Below are positions 63,201-64,000 of a stretch of 64,000 nt of DNA, one piece after another. Position numbers and translations under genes: made by a program. The notes beneath the pieces were generated by a model. The model searched no databases. It worked only from the letters and a program-made list of their open reading frames with translations, and was not told where the DNA came from. How positions within the stretch are numbered: the first letter of the stretch is position 1; every line of letters starts with the position of its first letter. The DNA is from Heterodontus francisci (Eukaryota): NCBI RefSeq assembly GCF_036365525.1, contig NC_090404.1, positions 8,618,001-8,682,000 on the forward strand, written 5' to 3'.

Positions 63201-64000
63201 TGCAGAGATGTTGCTGACACCGGATTCACTGAGAGTTGCAGTTAGAGCTCACCAGAGGGCGCCCTCACACCAGTAAACAGAAGCAATAATTCAGCCTCCA
63301 CTCTGAGATTCTCAGGAACCTTCTTAAAATTGCAATGAAGCACAGCAATCAACAGCCACAGCTGATGTCCACTTGTGCAGTTATATTAGACAGTGATTAC
63401 AACGCACATTTATAAGAAAAATGAACTTTATATTCGATTTCTGATGCCTTGGCTCCCTTTTTGTTTTCCGATGCTCTCCCCCTGTCCACTTGTTCCTCAT
63501 TATCGCGTGGCTCCACTGTTCACCGAAAAGTGAATACTTTTCCTTTTTAAACCTTCAGTTTAAAGGTTTAAAACTTTTGTTTCTGTTCAGAATATAAATG
63601 CAGAACCGTTCCAATCGAGCTTCTAGAAGCAGGAGCTGTGGGATCCGGCCAAAGGCTCAACACAGAATCCCTCACATCCTGTTCACTGCCATCTGACCAC
63701 TACCCAGTACAGCCACCAGAGGGCGGCAGATAGCAATACTCCTTTCATGGATCAAACGTTGGGCAGTAAGGTGATTTCTGTTTCTCCAAAAGCTGAGTAA
63801 AACTTGGAATATATAGAAGTTTAATACTTGAAATCAATTTACCTCAATGGATTGGGAATGTACATTGAATAATAATCCTCACAAAGATGCATCCACGTAT
63901 CGAACGATTGGTTTCTGATACTAACCAGTGAGCAGGACAAGTGAGTGGAAGTTGTGGAAGATGGTGAAAGAATATTAAAATGTGAATGACAAACACACTC

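Overview
Eukaryotic, non-bacterial DNA from a cartilaginous fish (shark): part of the T-cell receptor alpha/delta (TCRAD) V region. From memory the IgM exons closely resemble horn shark (Heterodontus) IgM; the species is not verified. The window holds three apparently intact conventional TCR V segments with 23-type RSS (8.5 kb +, 11.0 kb -, 30.0 kb +) and several V pseudogenes in both orientations. It also holds one complete germline NAR-TCR cassette on the minus strand: leader, IgNAR-like V with 22-RSS, 12/12 D, 23-RSS J, and a leaderless supporting V-delta with a CDR1 Cys. A second NAR-TCR V is an orphan pseudogene. Unusual features: (i) the supporting V-delta is followed by a tandem array of six 23-RSS at 60-63 bp period; (ii) an IgM constant-region remnant (CH1, CH2 and two TM exons, no VH/D/JH/CH3/CH4 seen) lies inside the TCR locus; (iii) a decayed TCR-constant-like exon, and possibly a TM exon, lies downstream of the NAR-TCR cassette on the same strand, hinting at a relic self-contained NAR-TCR cluster; (iv) an LZTFL1 fragment. 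Much of the rest is CR1-type LINEs (several nested), a Penelope-like element with hammerhead-like motifs, HE1-like SINEs, satellites and locally duplicated or inverted V cassettes with CTCF motifs.
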